Source: Alphaproteobacteria bacterium UBA830 (GTDB lineage: Bacteria > Pseudomonadota > Alphaproteobacteria > MPNO01 > UBA830). Taken from it: a stretch of 64,000 nt of DNA. The notes below the pieces were generated by a model. The model saw only the letters and a list, made by a program, of their open reading frames with translations. It was not told where the DNA came from and ran no database searches. The stretch is from positions 13,655 to 77,654 of the forward strand of contig CAJIYX010000005.1 of NCBI GenBank assembly GCA_905181725.1, in the 5' to 3' direction. The stretch's first letter is position 1, and every line of letters begins with the position of its first letter. Shown piece by piece: positions 1 to 9,008 of this stretch. Made by a program: the position numbers and the translations under genes.

Positions 1-361
1 TCGCCGGTTCACCGACCGGCAACGGTAGGCCGTCGCGGGTCACCGTGCCGACACCATCACCTGCGCGGAAGATAACGCCGTCGCCCGGGTTCGCCGCCGC
101 GATATCGACCCGGATCAGGGCGCCATGGGTCACATCCGGGTCGTCGCCCGCATCCTTGATGATGGCGGAAAAGGCGCCGTTTTCAGTCTTTCCTTCACGG
201 GTCAGGGCAAAGGATGGTGTCTCGCCCTTCGGCAGCGTGATCTGCACAGGATCGGGGAACGCGCCCGTCAGATGCGCGGTATAGGCGGCCTTGGCGGCCG
301 CCGTCGCACAGGCGCCGGTGGTCCAGCCGCGCCGTAATTCTCCTTCGGGCCTGCGTGCCAT
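1..361 (-). CDS. cbiD: cobalt-precorrin-5B (C1)-methyltransferase CbiD, N-terminal part (gene continues past window start)
   Basis: Absent from the ORF track because it is open at the window edge. The reverse complement from the ATG at 359-361 reads MARRPEGELRRGWTTGACATAAAKAAYTAHLTG..., matching the CbiD N-terminal LRxGxTTGxCAxAAxKAA signature. It is divergent from cobA. Confidence 0.8.
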   Translation of the reverse strand, partial: MARRPEGELRRGWTTGACATAAAKAAYTAHLTGAFPDPVQITLPKGETPSFALTREGKTENGAFSAIIKDAGDDPDVTHGALIRVDIAAANPGDGVIFRAGDGVGTVTRDGLPLPVGEPA

Positions 362-390
362 GCCACCGTTATATGTGCTAAGCAGGCTCT

Positions 391-1230
391 ATGGAACGGC
401 TGACATTCAAGATGCCCGAACTTGAACCCGGATGGGTCTGGCTGACGGGCGCCGGGCCGGGCGATCCCGGTCTGCTGACGCTGCATGCGCTGAACGGTTT
501 GCGGCAGGCGGACGTGATTGTACACGATGCGCTGGTCGATGACCGGACGCTGACACTGGCCGGCCCGGACTGCGAAATCATCTATGCGGGCAAGCGTGGC
601 GGCAAGCCGTCGCCCAGACAGTCCGATATTTCCGCGCGGCTGGTAAAGCTCGCACGCGACGGCAAAAAGGTTCTTCGGCTTAAAGGCGGCGATCCGTTTA
701 TTTTCGGCCGTGGGGGCGAAGAAGCTCTGGCGCTGGTCGCCGCCGGTATCCCGTTCCGGGTTATCCCGGGCATCTCCGCCGGTATCGGCGGGCTTGCCCA
801 TGCCGGTATTCCGTTGACCCACCGTGAAACGAATTCTGCCGTCACGTTAGTGACCGGCCATGGCGCGTCCGGTGACCTCCCCGACGGGATCGACTGGCCG
901 GCACTCGCCACAGGCTCACCGGTGCTGGTGATTTACATGGCGATCAAACATCTTGGCACGATCCGCAGACGCCTGATGGAAGGCGGCAGGTTCGCCGATG
1001 AACCTGTGGCCGTTGTTTCGCGGGCGTCGCAGCCGGATGAACGCGTACTGGAAACGACCCTCGGCATGTGCGTCGAAGATGTCGCCGCACAGAAAATCGA
1101 GCCGCCGGCGATCGTCGTTATCGGCGAAGTGGTGCGTTTGCGCGCCGGGCTCGACTGGGTCGGCGCACTCGGTGGCAGAATTCTCGACGCCGATCCCCTG
1201 GGCACGCGCCGCACGCGCGACGCCGGTTAA
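391..1230 (+). CDS. cobA: uroporphyrinogen-III C-methyltransferase (SUMT)
   Basis: 279-aa ORF with the GAGPGDPGLLT SAM-binding motif and tetrapyrrole-methylase layout. It sits next to cobB and cbiD. An alternative ATG lies at 412. Confidence 0.9.
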   Translation: MERLTFKMPELEPGWVWLTGAGPGDPGLLTLHALNGLRQADVIVHDALVDDRTLTLAGPDCEIIYAGKRGGKPSPRQSDISARLVKLARDGKKVLRLKGGDPFIFGRGGEEALALVAAGIPFRVIPGISAGIGGLAHAGIPLTHRETNSAVTLVTGHGASGDLPDGIDWPALATGSPVLVIYMAIKHLGTIRRRLMEGGRFADEPVAVVSRASQPDERVLETTLGMCVEDVAAQKIEPPAIVVIGEVVRLRAGLDWVGALGGRILDADPLGTRRTRDAG

Positions 1231-1235
1231 AGGCC

Positions 1236-2573
1236 GTGCCCGGCGCTGCCGGAGCCGTGATCGCCGCGCCGTCATCGGGCAGCGGCAAGACCACTATTAC
1301 TCTCGGCCTGCTCCGCCATTTTTCCCGCAGCAACCTAGCGGTCTCATCCTTCAAGGTCGGGCCCGACTATATTGATCCCGGATTCCACGCCGCGGCCAGC
1401 GGGCGGCCCTGTCTGAATATCGACAGCTGGGCGATGCGCCCTGAGATGGTCTCGTCCCTGTTCGGGCAAGCAGCATCGGATGCCGATATCGTCATCGGCG
1501 AAGGCGTGATGGGGCTGTTCGACGGTGCTCAAACGGCGCCCGGAACACCGCCCGGAAAACCGTCGGGTTCCACCGCGGATACAGCGGCCCTGTTGAACCT
1601 GCCCGTCATTCTGGTGGTCGATGCCGGGGCGCAGGCGCAGAGCGCGGCGGCGACGGTGCATGGTTTTGCCACTTTCCGCGCGGATGTGACGGTGTCCGGC
1701 GTGATATTTAACCGAGTCGGCAGCGATCGCCATGCCCGGATGTTGTGCGATGCAGCCGCGCCGCTCGGTATCCCGGTCCTGGGTTGTGTGCCGCGCTCAC
1801 CCGATATTGCCGTGCCGGATCGTCATCTCGGTCTGGTTCAGGCGAGCGAGATGGCGGCGCTCGAGGTTTTTCTCGATGCCGCAGCCGACCTTGTCGCCCG
1901 CCATATCGACCTGGCTGCCCTGAAATCCATCCTGCGGGGTGCCGGGGTCACGGCGAGCGACGTATCGTCCCTGCCGATACCCCCGCTGGGCCAGCGCATC
2001 GCTGTTGCGTCCGACGATGCGTTCCGCTTCGCCTATCCCCACGTTCTGAATGGCTGGCGCGCCGCAGGTGCGGAAATAATGCCGTTTTCGCCACTGGCAG
2101 ACCAGGCGCCCCATCAGACATGTGATGCGGTCTACCTGCCCGGCGGATATCCCGAATTGCAGGCCGCGAAGCTGGCGGCCAATGGGGTGTTTCTCCAGGG
2201 GCTGCGTGACGCGTCAGCGCGAGATGCGGCGATCTACGGTGAATGCGGCGGTTACATGGTCCTTGGCGAGATCCTGACCGATGCCGATGGGCAGTCGCAC
2301 CGGATGGCGGGCCTGTTGCCGCTGGAAACGAGCTTTGCCCGGCGTAAAATGCATCTCGGTTACCGGAATGCCGTGTTGTCGGCAGACACGCCTCTGGGCC
2401 CCGCAGAGACCGTCTACGGCGCACATGAATTTCACTATGCAAGCACCACTCGTCTCGGCGATGCCCGGCCGCTGTTCACGGTGTCCGATGCCGCGGGGAA
2501 CGATCTCGGACGGGCAGGGTTGCAGGCCGGCAGTGTTTTCGGGTCGTTCATCCATCTGATCGATCGCCGATGA
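1236..2573 (+). CDS. cobB: cobyrinate a,c-diamide synthase
   Basis: ORF 1068-2573 trimmed to the in-frame GTG at 1236, just after the cobA stop. It has the APSSGSGKTT P-loop and a C-terminal amidotransferase part (ECGGYM), consistent with the CobB/CbiA family. Confidence 0.9.
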   Translation: MPGAAGAVIAAPSSGSGKTTITLGLLRHFSRSNLAVSSFKVGPDYIDPGFHAAASGRPCLNIDSWAMRPEMVSSLFGQAASDADIVIGEGVMGLFDGAQTAPGTPPGKPSGSTADTAALLNLPVILVVDAGAQAQSAAATVHGFATFRADVTVSGVIFNRVGSDRHARMLCDAAAPLGIPVLGCVPRSPDIAVPDRHLGLVQASEMAALEVFLDAAADLVARHIDLAALKSILRGAGVTASDVSSLPIPPLGQRIAVASDDAFRFAYPHVLNGWRAAGAEIMPFSPLADQAPHQTCDAVYLPGGYPELQAAKLAANGVFLQGLRDASARDAAIYGECGGYMVLGEILTDADGQSHRMAGLLPLETSFARRKMHLGYRNAVLSADTPLGPAETVYGAHEFHYASTTRLGDARPLFTVSDAAGNDLGRAGLQAGSVFGSFIHLIDRR

Positions 2574-2646
2574 TGCCCGCCCGTCGATACCCGGCGGTGC
2601 TGACCTGCCGTTTGACTTAACTCCTTCCGCTCCGCATAAGCACATC

Positions 2647-2838
2647 ATGATCCAGATTATCGTAGAGCGCTGGTCGCAGCGCGATGGCTCCGTTGATTGG
2701 TTGTGGTCGATCTGGCAGGACGGCGCGCGCAAACATATGGGCGGGGCCCTTAAGGATGCCGATTCGGCGGAGATGGAGGCACGCGCCGCCTGCCATCAGT
2801 ATCTCGGCCAGCCGCCTGATGACGTAACCGTACTTTAG
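2647..2838 (+). CDS. small hypothetical protein (63 aa)
   Basis: Non-overlapping ORF in an otherwise empty gap, with non-repetitive Trp-rich sequence. I recognise no family. Confidence 0.35.
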   Translation: MIQIIVERWSQRDGSVDWLWSIWQDGARKHMGGALKDADSAEMEARAACHQYLGQPPDDVTVL

Positions 2839-2850
2839 AAGGAAGAATTC

Positions 2851-3825
2851 ATGACCAAGGTTGTTCGCATTCACGCCTATGGCGGCACCGACGAGCTCAA
2901 AATCGAAAACGACGAGATCGGTGCGCCTGGGCCGGGAGAGGTGTTGCTCGACCACAAAGGCATGGCGTTGCACTTCGCCGATACCATGCTGCGCGAAGGC
3001 AAATATTTTCTCAAACCCGAACTCCCCGCTGTCATGGGGCTCGACGGGGCGGGGATCGTCGAAGCGGTCGGAGAGGGCGTAACGGCCTTCAAGCCGGGCG
3101 ATGCCGCCTGTTACCTGTTCGCCCTCGGTGCTTACTCGGAGAAACGCCTGATCGCGGCGGATTCCCTGATACCGGTGCCGGCGGGGATCGAGCCGAAGAA
3201 TATCGCCGGCACGTTTCTGCGCTGCATGACCGCCCAGTACCTGCTGCGCCAGACCTACCGCGTGCAGGACGGCGATACCGTGCTGATCCACACCGCGGCG
3301 GGCGGCATGGGCACGTTAATGTGCCAGTGGGCAAAGGCGCTGGGTGCCACCGTGATCGGCACCGTCGGCAGCGATGACAAGTTCGATATCGCGCGCGCCA
3401 GCGGCTGCGACCATGTCATCAATTCGCGGACCGGCGATATTGCCGCAAGCGTGGACGAATTCACCAGCGGTGCAGGTGTTCATGTTGTCTACGATGCGAT
3501 CGGCAAGGACGTCTGGGAGGCCGATGTCGCGGCCCTGCGCCCGACCGGATACCTGATCAATTACGGCCATATGTCCGGCCTGATGGACCCGGTCGATCCG
3601 ATGCAGCTCAACGCGAAGTCGATCTTCTTCGCAAAGGTGTCGCTGCCGCATTTCATGAACTCGCCGGACGCCAAGCGGGCCATGGCGGCGGATGTGTTTC
3701 AGGCAATCGCCGACGGCATTCTGGATATTTCGATCAGCCGGGAATACCCGCTCGACGATATCGTCCAGGCGCAGGAAGATATGGTCGCGCGCAAGACGAC
3801 GGGATCGGTGATCATCGTTCCTTAG
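2851..3825 (+). CDS. NADPH:quinone oxidoreductase (zinc-type alcohol dehydrogenase/MDR family)
   Basis: 324-aa ORF with an AGGAAG RBS upstream. It has the AAGGMG nucleotide-binding motif and a GroES-like N-terminal domain (GPGEVLL). Confidence 0.85.
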   Translation: MTKVVRIHAYGGTDELKIENDEIGAPGPGEVLLDHKGMALHFADTMLREGKYFLKPELPAVMGLDGAGIVEAVGEGVTAFKPGDAACYLFALGAYSEKRLIAADSLIPVPAGIEPKNIAGTFLRCMTAQYLLRQTYRVQDGDTVLIHTAAGGMGTLMCQWAKALGATVIGTVGSDDKFDIARASGCDHVINSRTGDIAASVDEFTSGAGVHVVYDAIGKDVWEADVAALRPTGYLINYGHMSGLMDPVDPMQLNAKSIFFAKVSLPHFMNSPDAKRAMAADVFQAIADGILDISISREYPLDDIVQAQEDMVARKTTGSVIIVP

Positions 3826-3836
3826 TATTTGAATCC

Positions 3837-3912
3837 GTGCCAGCCTACTCCCCCTCCCGACCACCCATAAGGATAATCCCGTGGGTGGTCGGGAGGGGGA
3901 GTAGGCTGGCAC
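3837..3912. repeat. 76-bp palindromic intergenic element, copy 1 (30-bp perfect stem, 16-nt loop)
   Basis: gtgccagcctactccccctcccgaccaccc (3837-3866) is the exact reverse complement of 3883-3912. It fills the whole gap between the oxidoreductase stop and the next RBS. It shares its core and loop with the copy at 4787-4864. Confidence 0.9.
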
Positions 3913-3928
3913 AGCAACAGGAGAAGAG

Positions 3929-4786
3929 ATGACTGCTGACTGGTCGATCTGGGCATTCCGCTATGCGCGGTCAGACATGCCGTGGGATTTCTTCGGCGGC
4001 ACGCTGGTGAATTCCAATAAGGGCCGCATCCGCAATCCGATGGTCTATTCGCTGATCCATGGCGGTGAGGCGGGGAATGAGAAACCCATCCTGATCGATA
4101 CCGGCATGAAGGGCGACTGGTCGCCCAGCGGCAAGACCTATGAGAATGTTGAACATCCCGACACTATTCTGGCCAAGGTCGGGTTTACCCCGGAAGACAT
4201 CGAAGATGTCATCCTGACCCACCTGCATTTCGACCATGCCGGCAATCTCGACCGGTTTCCCAACGCGACATTCCATGTTCAGCGGGCTGAATATGACGGC
4301 TGGAAAGAGGTCTACGAGATGCCGGGCGGGCTCGGCAGTGACACCAAAATGTGGCCCCTGTCGTCGATGCAGAAAAAAGACCTCGATAATGTGGATGATC
4401 TGCTGGCGGCAGGCCGCGTCAACCTGCTGGATGGCGATACGGAATTTGCGCCCGGCGTGTGGTGCCGCCTCGCGTTCGAATCCCACACTTTCGGGTGTCA
4501 GTGGATCGAGGTGCAGACGTCGAACGGGCCGTATGTCGTCGCCGGAGATTGCGTCTACTGGTACGAGAATATTGAAAAGATGTGGCCACCGGCCTATGTG
4601 CAGGGAAATACTTGGAACTTGATCAAGGTGTATCGCGCGATCCGCGACGCCGTCGGTGACGACACGGACAGGATTGTGCCGGGCCACGACCCGGAACTGT
4701 TCCTGCGTCACCCGGTTTTCGAGGCGGGCCATCACCCGGTTGCGGAAATCCACCTCGCGGCCAATCAGGAGAGCCAGCTCACATAA
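3929..4786 (+). CDS. MBL-fold metallo-hydrolase (lactonase-like)
   Basis: 285-aa ORF with the HLHFDHAGN (HxHxDH) metallo-beta-lactamase motif. Confidence 0.8.
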   Translation: MTADWSIWAFRYARSDMPWDFFGGTLVNSNKGRIRNPMVYSLIHGGEAGNEKPILIDTGMKGDWSPSGKTYENVEHPDTILAKVGFTPEDIEDVILTHLHFDHAGNLDRFPNATFHVQRAEYDGWKEVYEMPGGLGSDTKMWPLSSMQKKDLDNVDDLLAAGRVNLLDGDTEFAPGVWCRLAFESHTFGCQWIEVQTSNGPYVVAGDCVYWYENIEKMWPPAYVQGNTWNLIKVYRAIRDAVGDDTDRIVPGHDPELFLRHPVFEAGHHPVAEIHLAANQESQLT

Positions 4787-4864
4787 CGCGCCGGCCCTCT
4801 CCCCCTCCCGGCCACCCATAAAGATAATCCAGTGGGTGGCCGGGAGGGGGAGAGGGCCGGTGCC
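4787..4864. repeat. palindromic intergenic element, copy 2 (27-bp perfect stem, extended with one mismatch)
   Basis: ccggccctctccccctcccggccaccc (4791-4817) pairs with 4834-4860. The core ctccccctcccgRccaccc and the loop ataaRgataatcc match copy 1 in the same orientation. Confidence 0.9.
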
Positions 4865-4878
4865 GTGAAAGGAAAAAA

Positions 4879-6468
4879 ATGCTTAATTCCGTGTTTGCGA
4901 CCGGCGGTATCGTTACCGCCCCGCATCATCTGGCAGCAGATGCCGGACGCGATGTGCTGCGCGACGGCGGCAATGCGGTCGAGGCTATGATCGCCATGGC
5001 CGCTGCCATCCCGGTGGTTTATCCGCATATGAACGCCCTTGGGGGCGATAGTTTCTGGATCATCAAGCCTGCCGGGAAAGACCCCATCGGCATCGATGCC
5101 TGCGGGGCGGTGGCGGCAAAGGCGACCGATGCGCTCTATCGGGATGCCGGCCATGACGCCATCCCCGCACGCGGTCCGCTGGCCGCAAACACGGTGGCGG
5201 GCACGCTGTCGGGCTGGCAGGCGGCGCTGGAAATTGCGGCGAATCTCGGCGGTGAAATGTCCCGTGAGCGGCTGCTCGAAGCGGCTATCCACCATGCCGA
5301 GAAGGGGTTTCCGGCGACCGGAAACCAGTCCCGCACCACAACCGCCAAACTCGCAGAATTAAAGGGCTTACCGGGGTATGACGAGGCCTTCCTGCTGAAC
5401 GGTATAGTGCCCGAAGAAGGCGATCTTTTCCGCCAGGTTGGGCTCGGCGCCACCCTGCGCCGGCTGGCGGCAGACGGGTTCAGATCGTTCTATAATGGCG
5501 CCCTGGCGGAGGATATCGCGGCCGATCTCGCCCGTGCCGGATCACCGGTCTCAAACGAAGATCTGGCGGCGCATAAGGCGCTGACCCTGACGCCGCTCTC
5601 GGTGCAGCTATCGACCGGGACGGTGTGGAACATGCCGCCGCCGACGCAGGGTCTGGCCTCGCTGATGATCCTCGGCCTGTTCGACCGGCTGGACGTGAAA
5701 GACGCCGAGGGCTTTGCCCATATCCACGGGCTGGTGGAGGCGATCAAACAGGCGTTTATCGTCCGCAATGCCCATGTTCAGGATCCGTCGGCCATGGATG
5801 TCGATCCGGCCGATTTCCTGAAAAGTACCGATCTCGATGCCCGCGCGGCGCAGATTGATGTCAAACAGGCATTGCCCTGGCCCATCCCGGCAAAAGACGG
5901 CGATACCATCTGGATGGGGGCGATCGATGCGGCCGGCAATGCCGTGTCATTCATTCAGAGCATCTACTGGGAATTCGGGTCGGGCATCGTGCTCGAAGAT
6001 ACTGGTATCCTGTGGCAGAACCGCGGATCGAGCTTCTCGCTGCGCGACGGCGATGTGAACCGTCTTGCCCCCGGGCGCCGCCCGTTCCACACGCTCAACC
6101 CGGCCATGGCCGAGCTGACGGATGGCAAAATCCTGTCCTATGGCACGATGGGTGGCGAAGGCCAGCCGCAGACTCAGGCCATGGTCTATACGCGGCATGT
6201 CAATTTCGGCCAGTCGATCCAGCAGGCGATCACCGCGCCGCGCTTCCTGCTCGGGCGGACCTGGGGCGATACCGGCACGAACCTGAAGCTGGAATCGCGG
6301 TTCGATGCGGGGCTGGTGTCAGACCTCGCCGCTGCCGGTCACGACACCGAAGTGATCGATCCCTATTCGGACCTGATGGGCCATGCAGGTGGCGTATCCA
6401 TGCGCACCGATGGCGTCATGGAAGGCGGGTCGGACCCGCGCGCCGACGGCAAGGCCGCCGGGGTTTAG
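4879..6468 (+). CDS. gamma-glutamyltransferase family protein (no signal peptide)
   Basis: 529-aa ORF with GGT-family layout, including the DGDTIWMGAIDAAGNAVSFIQS segment around the autoprocessing Thr. Confidence 0.85.
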   Translation: MLNSVFATGGIVTAPHHLAADAGRDVLRDGGNAVEAMIAMAAAIPVVYPHMNALGGDSFWIIKPAGKDPIGIDACGAVAAKATDALYRDAGHDAIPARGPLAANTVAGTLSGWQAALEIAANLGGEMSRERLLEAAIHHAEKGFPATGNQSRTTTAKLAELKGLPGYDEAFLLNGIVPEEGDLFRQVGLGATLRRLAADGFRSFYNGALAEDIAADLARAGSPVSNEDLAAHKALTLTPLSVQLSTGTVWNMPPPTQGLASLMILGLFDRLDVKDAEGFAHIHGLVEAIKQAFIVRNAHVQDPSAMDVDPADFLKSTDLDARAAQIDVKQALPWPIPAKDGDTIWMGAIDAAGNAVSFIQSIYWEFGSGIVLEDTGILWQNRGSSFSLRDGDVNRLAPGRRPFHTLNPAMAELTDGKILSYGTMGGEGQPQTQAMVYTRHVNFGQSIQQAITAPRFLLGRTWGDTGTNLKLESRFDAGLVSDLAAAGHDTEVIDPYSDLMGHAGGVSMRTDGVMEGGSDPRADGKAAGV

Positions 6469-6492
6469 AGGCGACAGGACCCGATCCCGATT

Positions 6493-6578
6493 GTCATTTC
6501 GGGCCTTCGGGCGATTCATGCTCTCAGCCGGGACACAGTTTTCGTATTGACAGAGAAAATACGAAGGCCCGGGATGAC
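6493..6578. repeat. REP-like short hairpin units of the gtcatNNcggg / cccgggatgac family
   Basis: gtcatttcgggccttcgggcg, then ccggg...ttcgtatt-gacagagaa-aatacgaa...cccgggatgac. Related units occur at 22246-22321, 35864-36006 and 45662-45687. Confidence 0.45.
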
Positions 6579-6605
6579 ACGCCTTATTTTCTTGTTATGG
6601 ACGTG

Positions 6606-8234
6606 TCACTTCACCCAGTAATCCGAGTCCGGGTCGCCCTTGATCGTCTCATTCTCGGTCCATTCACCGATGATGATGCCCTGCTTGGGTGCACCGCCGG
6701 TGCGGTTGCGCACCGCCTGTTCCGAGATCGTGGTGCGGGTTGAGCGCGTGCGCAGCCAGTGGAACAGGCGTTCGTGCAGCTCTGCGCGCAGGTCGACATG
6801 TTCCGGCGCGGCGCCGAGATCGTTGAGCTCGTCCGGGTCGGTTTGCAGATCGAACAGCTGGGACGGATAGCCCTCCCACAGCAGGTACTTCCAGCGTGCC
6901 GTGCGGATCATGAATCCGCGCGCATCCGCCGGTTCCTTTTCGGCATAAATCCGTGCCGGTTTGAACGAATAATCGATCTCGGCAAACACCGCGTCGCGCA
7001 AGGTTCCGTCCTGCGTGCCGTGCAGCGTCGGCACGAGCGAGCGGCCTTCAAGCACGTGTTCCAGATCGTTCCAGCCGCCCAGCGAATCCAGGAAGGTCGG
7101 GATCATGTCGAGGGATTCGACCAGTGTTTCGCTGGTGGTGCCGCGGGTGCCGTCAGCGGCGGGATCCGGATCGTAGACGATCATCGGCACGCGCACCGAG
7201 CATTCATGCAGCATTTCTTTTTCGCCGAGCCAGTGATCGCCAAGATAATCGCCGTGGTCGGACGTAAAGACGATCATGGTGTCGTCCATCCGCCCGGCTT
7301 CTTCCATCCACGCAAACAGACGGCCCATCTGGTCGTCGATCTGCTTGATCAGGCCCATATAGGCGGGCAGCACGTTGTCGCGCACGTCGTCCATGGAGAA
7401 GTTCTGGCTTTCAGGGTGCTGCATATGCGCCGCGATCACCGGGTGCGGATGGGCGCGCTCGGCATCCGACCGGACCGGCGGGGTGACCTGATTATGGCCG
7501 TACATGTTGTGATAGGGCGCCGGCACGATATAGGGCCAGTGCGGCTTGATATAGGACAGGTGCAGCAGGAACGGCGCCTCGCCCTGTTCCTCCATGAACT
7601 CGATGGCGCGGCCGGTCATATAGGGGGTTTCGGAATCCTCTTCCTTCACCCGGGCGGGCAGGTGGTTATTGCCGAGATACCAGCCCGACAGGATTTCGCC
7701 GTCGGGGCCTTCGGCGGCATTCGCCCAGTCATGCCAGGGGTTGTCGCCATCATAGCCCTTGGCTTGCAGATACCGGTTATAGGCGTAGTTCGGATCGACC
7801 AGCTTGTCCGGCCACAGCCCGTCATCGCGCTCCACCGGCTCGAGCCCGCATTCGGATGTCAGCACGCCGAGCTCGGTCATCTTGTCGACGCCGAGCCGCG
7901 CCATGCCTTCTGCATCCGGCTCCATATGGGTTTTGCCGACCAGCGCGCAGCGCAGGCCATGGGGGCGGATGAAATCACCGATATTGCGCTGGCCGACCGA
8001 AAGCGGCACCCCGTTCCACGTCGCGCCATGGCTGTAGACATAGCGCCCGGTCAGATAAGACATGCGCGAAGGCCCGCAGAGCGGCGACTGCACGAAGGCG
8101 CGGGTAAAGTTAACACCCTTCGCGGCGAGCCCGTCGATATGCGGTGTTTCCAGATGCGGGTGCCCGTTGCAGGACAAGTAGTCCCAGCGGAGCTGGTCGC
8201 ACATGATGAAGAGGATATTTTTTGCTTTGCCCAT
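6606..8234 (-). CDS. sulfatase-family hydrolase (Cys-type; arylsulfatase / phosphonate-monoester-hydrolase-like)
   Basis: 542-aa ORF with N-terminal ILFIMCDQLRWD and the SPLCGPSR (C-x-P-x-R) formylglycine motif. The long + strand ORF 6759-8357 is its antisense shadow. Confidence 0.85.
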   Translation of the reverse strand: MGKAKNILFIMCDQLRWDYLSCNGHPHLETPHIDGLAAKGVNFTRAFVQSPLCGPSRMSYLTGRYVYSHGATWNGVPLSVGQRNIGDFIRPHGLRCALVGKTHMEPDAEGMARLGVDKMTELGVLTSECGLEPVERDDGLWPDKLVDPNYAYNRYLQAKGYDGDNPWHDWANAAEGPDGEILSGWYLGNNHLPARVKEEDSETPYMTGRAIEFMEEQGEAPFLLHLSYIKPHWPYIVPAPYHNMYGHNQVTPPVRSDAERAHPHPVIAAHMQHPESQNFSMDDVRDNVLPAYMGLIKQIDDQMGRLFAWMEEAGRMDDTMIVFTSDHGDYLGDHWLGEKEMLHECSVRVPMIVYDPDPAADGTRGTTSETLVESLDMIPTFLDSLGGWNDLEHVLEGRSLVPTLHGTQDGTLRDAVFAEIDYSFKPARIYAEKEPADARGFMIRTARWKYLLWEGYPSQLFDLQTDPDELNDLGAAPEHVDLRAELHERLFHWLRTRSTRTTISEQAVRNRTGGAPKQGIIIGEWTENETIKGDPDSDYWVK

Positions 8235-8319
8235 GTCCGGCGTTTCCCTGTTTATGCCTTCTGTTTAGCATTCGCGGGAAAAACAGGCCACCGGGTCCCG
8301 GCTGGGACTCTGCGGCAGC

Positions 8320-8730
8320 TTATGTTTCCGGCAGGCAGTTACGGGCAAACCAGATAGACAGGCCGTCGATCGGCACGTCACCCGATGCGACCGCTTCGAT
8401 CGTTGTCACGATATCTGCCTCGTCGACCGTCAACCTGTGGCCGTTCAGCGACACGAAGACAACGGCTGAAAGCAGGCCCGTGCGCTTGTTGCCATCAACA
8501 AAAGGGTGGTTCCCGATAATGCCGGCGCAATATTCGGCCGTCAGGTCGAAAACGGTCGCGTCGGTGTCGTCGGCTGCGCGCTTGTGGGCTGCGCGATTGT
8601 GCGGCCGTGCCAGCGCACTCTCCAGCAATGCCTCGTCCCGCAATCCGGGGCTGCCGCCGTGGCGTTGAAGGGTTTCCCCGTGAAATGACAGGACCATTCG
8701 CTGTGTCAGCCAGCGAATGCCGTCGCTCAT
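8320..8730 (-). CDS. doc: type II toxin, death-on-curing (Doc, Fic-fold) family
   Basis: 136 aa with the Fic/Doc motif HPFVDGNKRTG. There is a 4-bp ATGA overlap with the upstream antitoxin ORF. Confidence 0.85.
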   Translation of the reverse strand: MSDGIRWLTQRMVLSFHGETLQRHGGSPGLRDEALLESALARPHNRAAHKRAADDTDATVFDLTAEYCAGIIGNHPFVDGNKRTGLLSAVVFVSLNGHRLTVDEADIVTTIEAVASGDVPIDGLSIWFARNCLPET

Positions 8731-8951
8731 TCAGAGAGAACTTTCATCGCGTTTGGACGCGTCCGTATGAAGTCGCGCGCGGCATCCAGCGCTTCGGCGA
8801 AATCCGGATCGTAGGGGGTAAGCTCGATCCCGGTGGACGTTTTGACCACGTACAGGCTGTCGCCTTCCTGAAGACCCATGTCGCGGACATGGTCCGAAAG
8901 CGTCACGCCCAGCGAATTACCGATTTTCCTTATTTTAACCGAATCCGGCAT
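8727..8951 (-). CDS. AbrB/MazE/SpoVT-family antitoxin
   Basis: IRKIGNSLGVTL swapped-hairpin signature. The start is set at the ATG at 8949-8951, preceded by a GAGAGG RBS (the ORF track begins at an upstream GTG). It is translationally coupled to doc. Confidence 0.8.
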   Translation of the reverse strand: MPDSVKIRKIGNSLGVTLSDHVRDMGLQEGDSLYVVKTSTGIELTPYDPDFAEALDAARDFIRTRPNAMKVLSE

Positions 8952-9008
8952 CAGCACCTCTCATGGAGATAGTATTACATATGTTAAATTATTAACAAAA
9001 TCAAACCG

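Noticed and set aside
362-390. A cobalamin riboswitch might be expected near divergent cob genes.
   Set aside because: Only 29 nt separate the cbiD and cobA start codons, which is far too short for a B12 element. I saw no B12-box-like sequence.
268-822. A 184-aa minus-strand ORF spanning the cbiD/cobA junction.
   Set aside because: It overlaps the well-supported cobA on the opposite strand and is out of frame with the true cbiD start. Its sequence is low-complexity.
2647-3825. The small ORF 2647-2838 ends in TAG and is in frame with the oxidoreductase start 12 nt later, suggesting a possible readthrough fusion.
   Set aside because: The 12 intervening nucleotides are a canonical RBS (AAGGAAGAATTC) for the oxidoreductase ATG. 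The oxidoreductase N-terminus is complete for its family. The in-frame arrangement is most simply coincidence.
6759-8357. A 532-aa + strand ORF. Similar long ORFs occur at 20113-21453, 40382-41728, 48226-49212, 50595-51848, 59063-60730 and 62960-63892.
   Set aside because: All lie antisense to genes with strong family signatures. Their peptides are Arg/Gly/Ala/His-rich low-complexity sequence, typical of shadow ORFs in high-GC DNA, and I recognise no family motifs in them.
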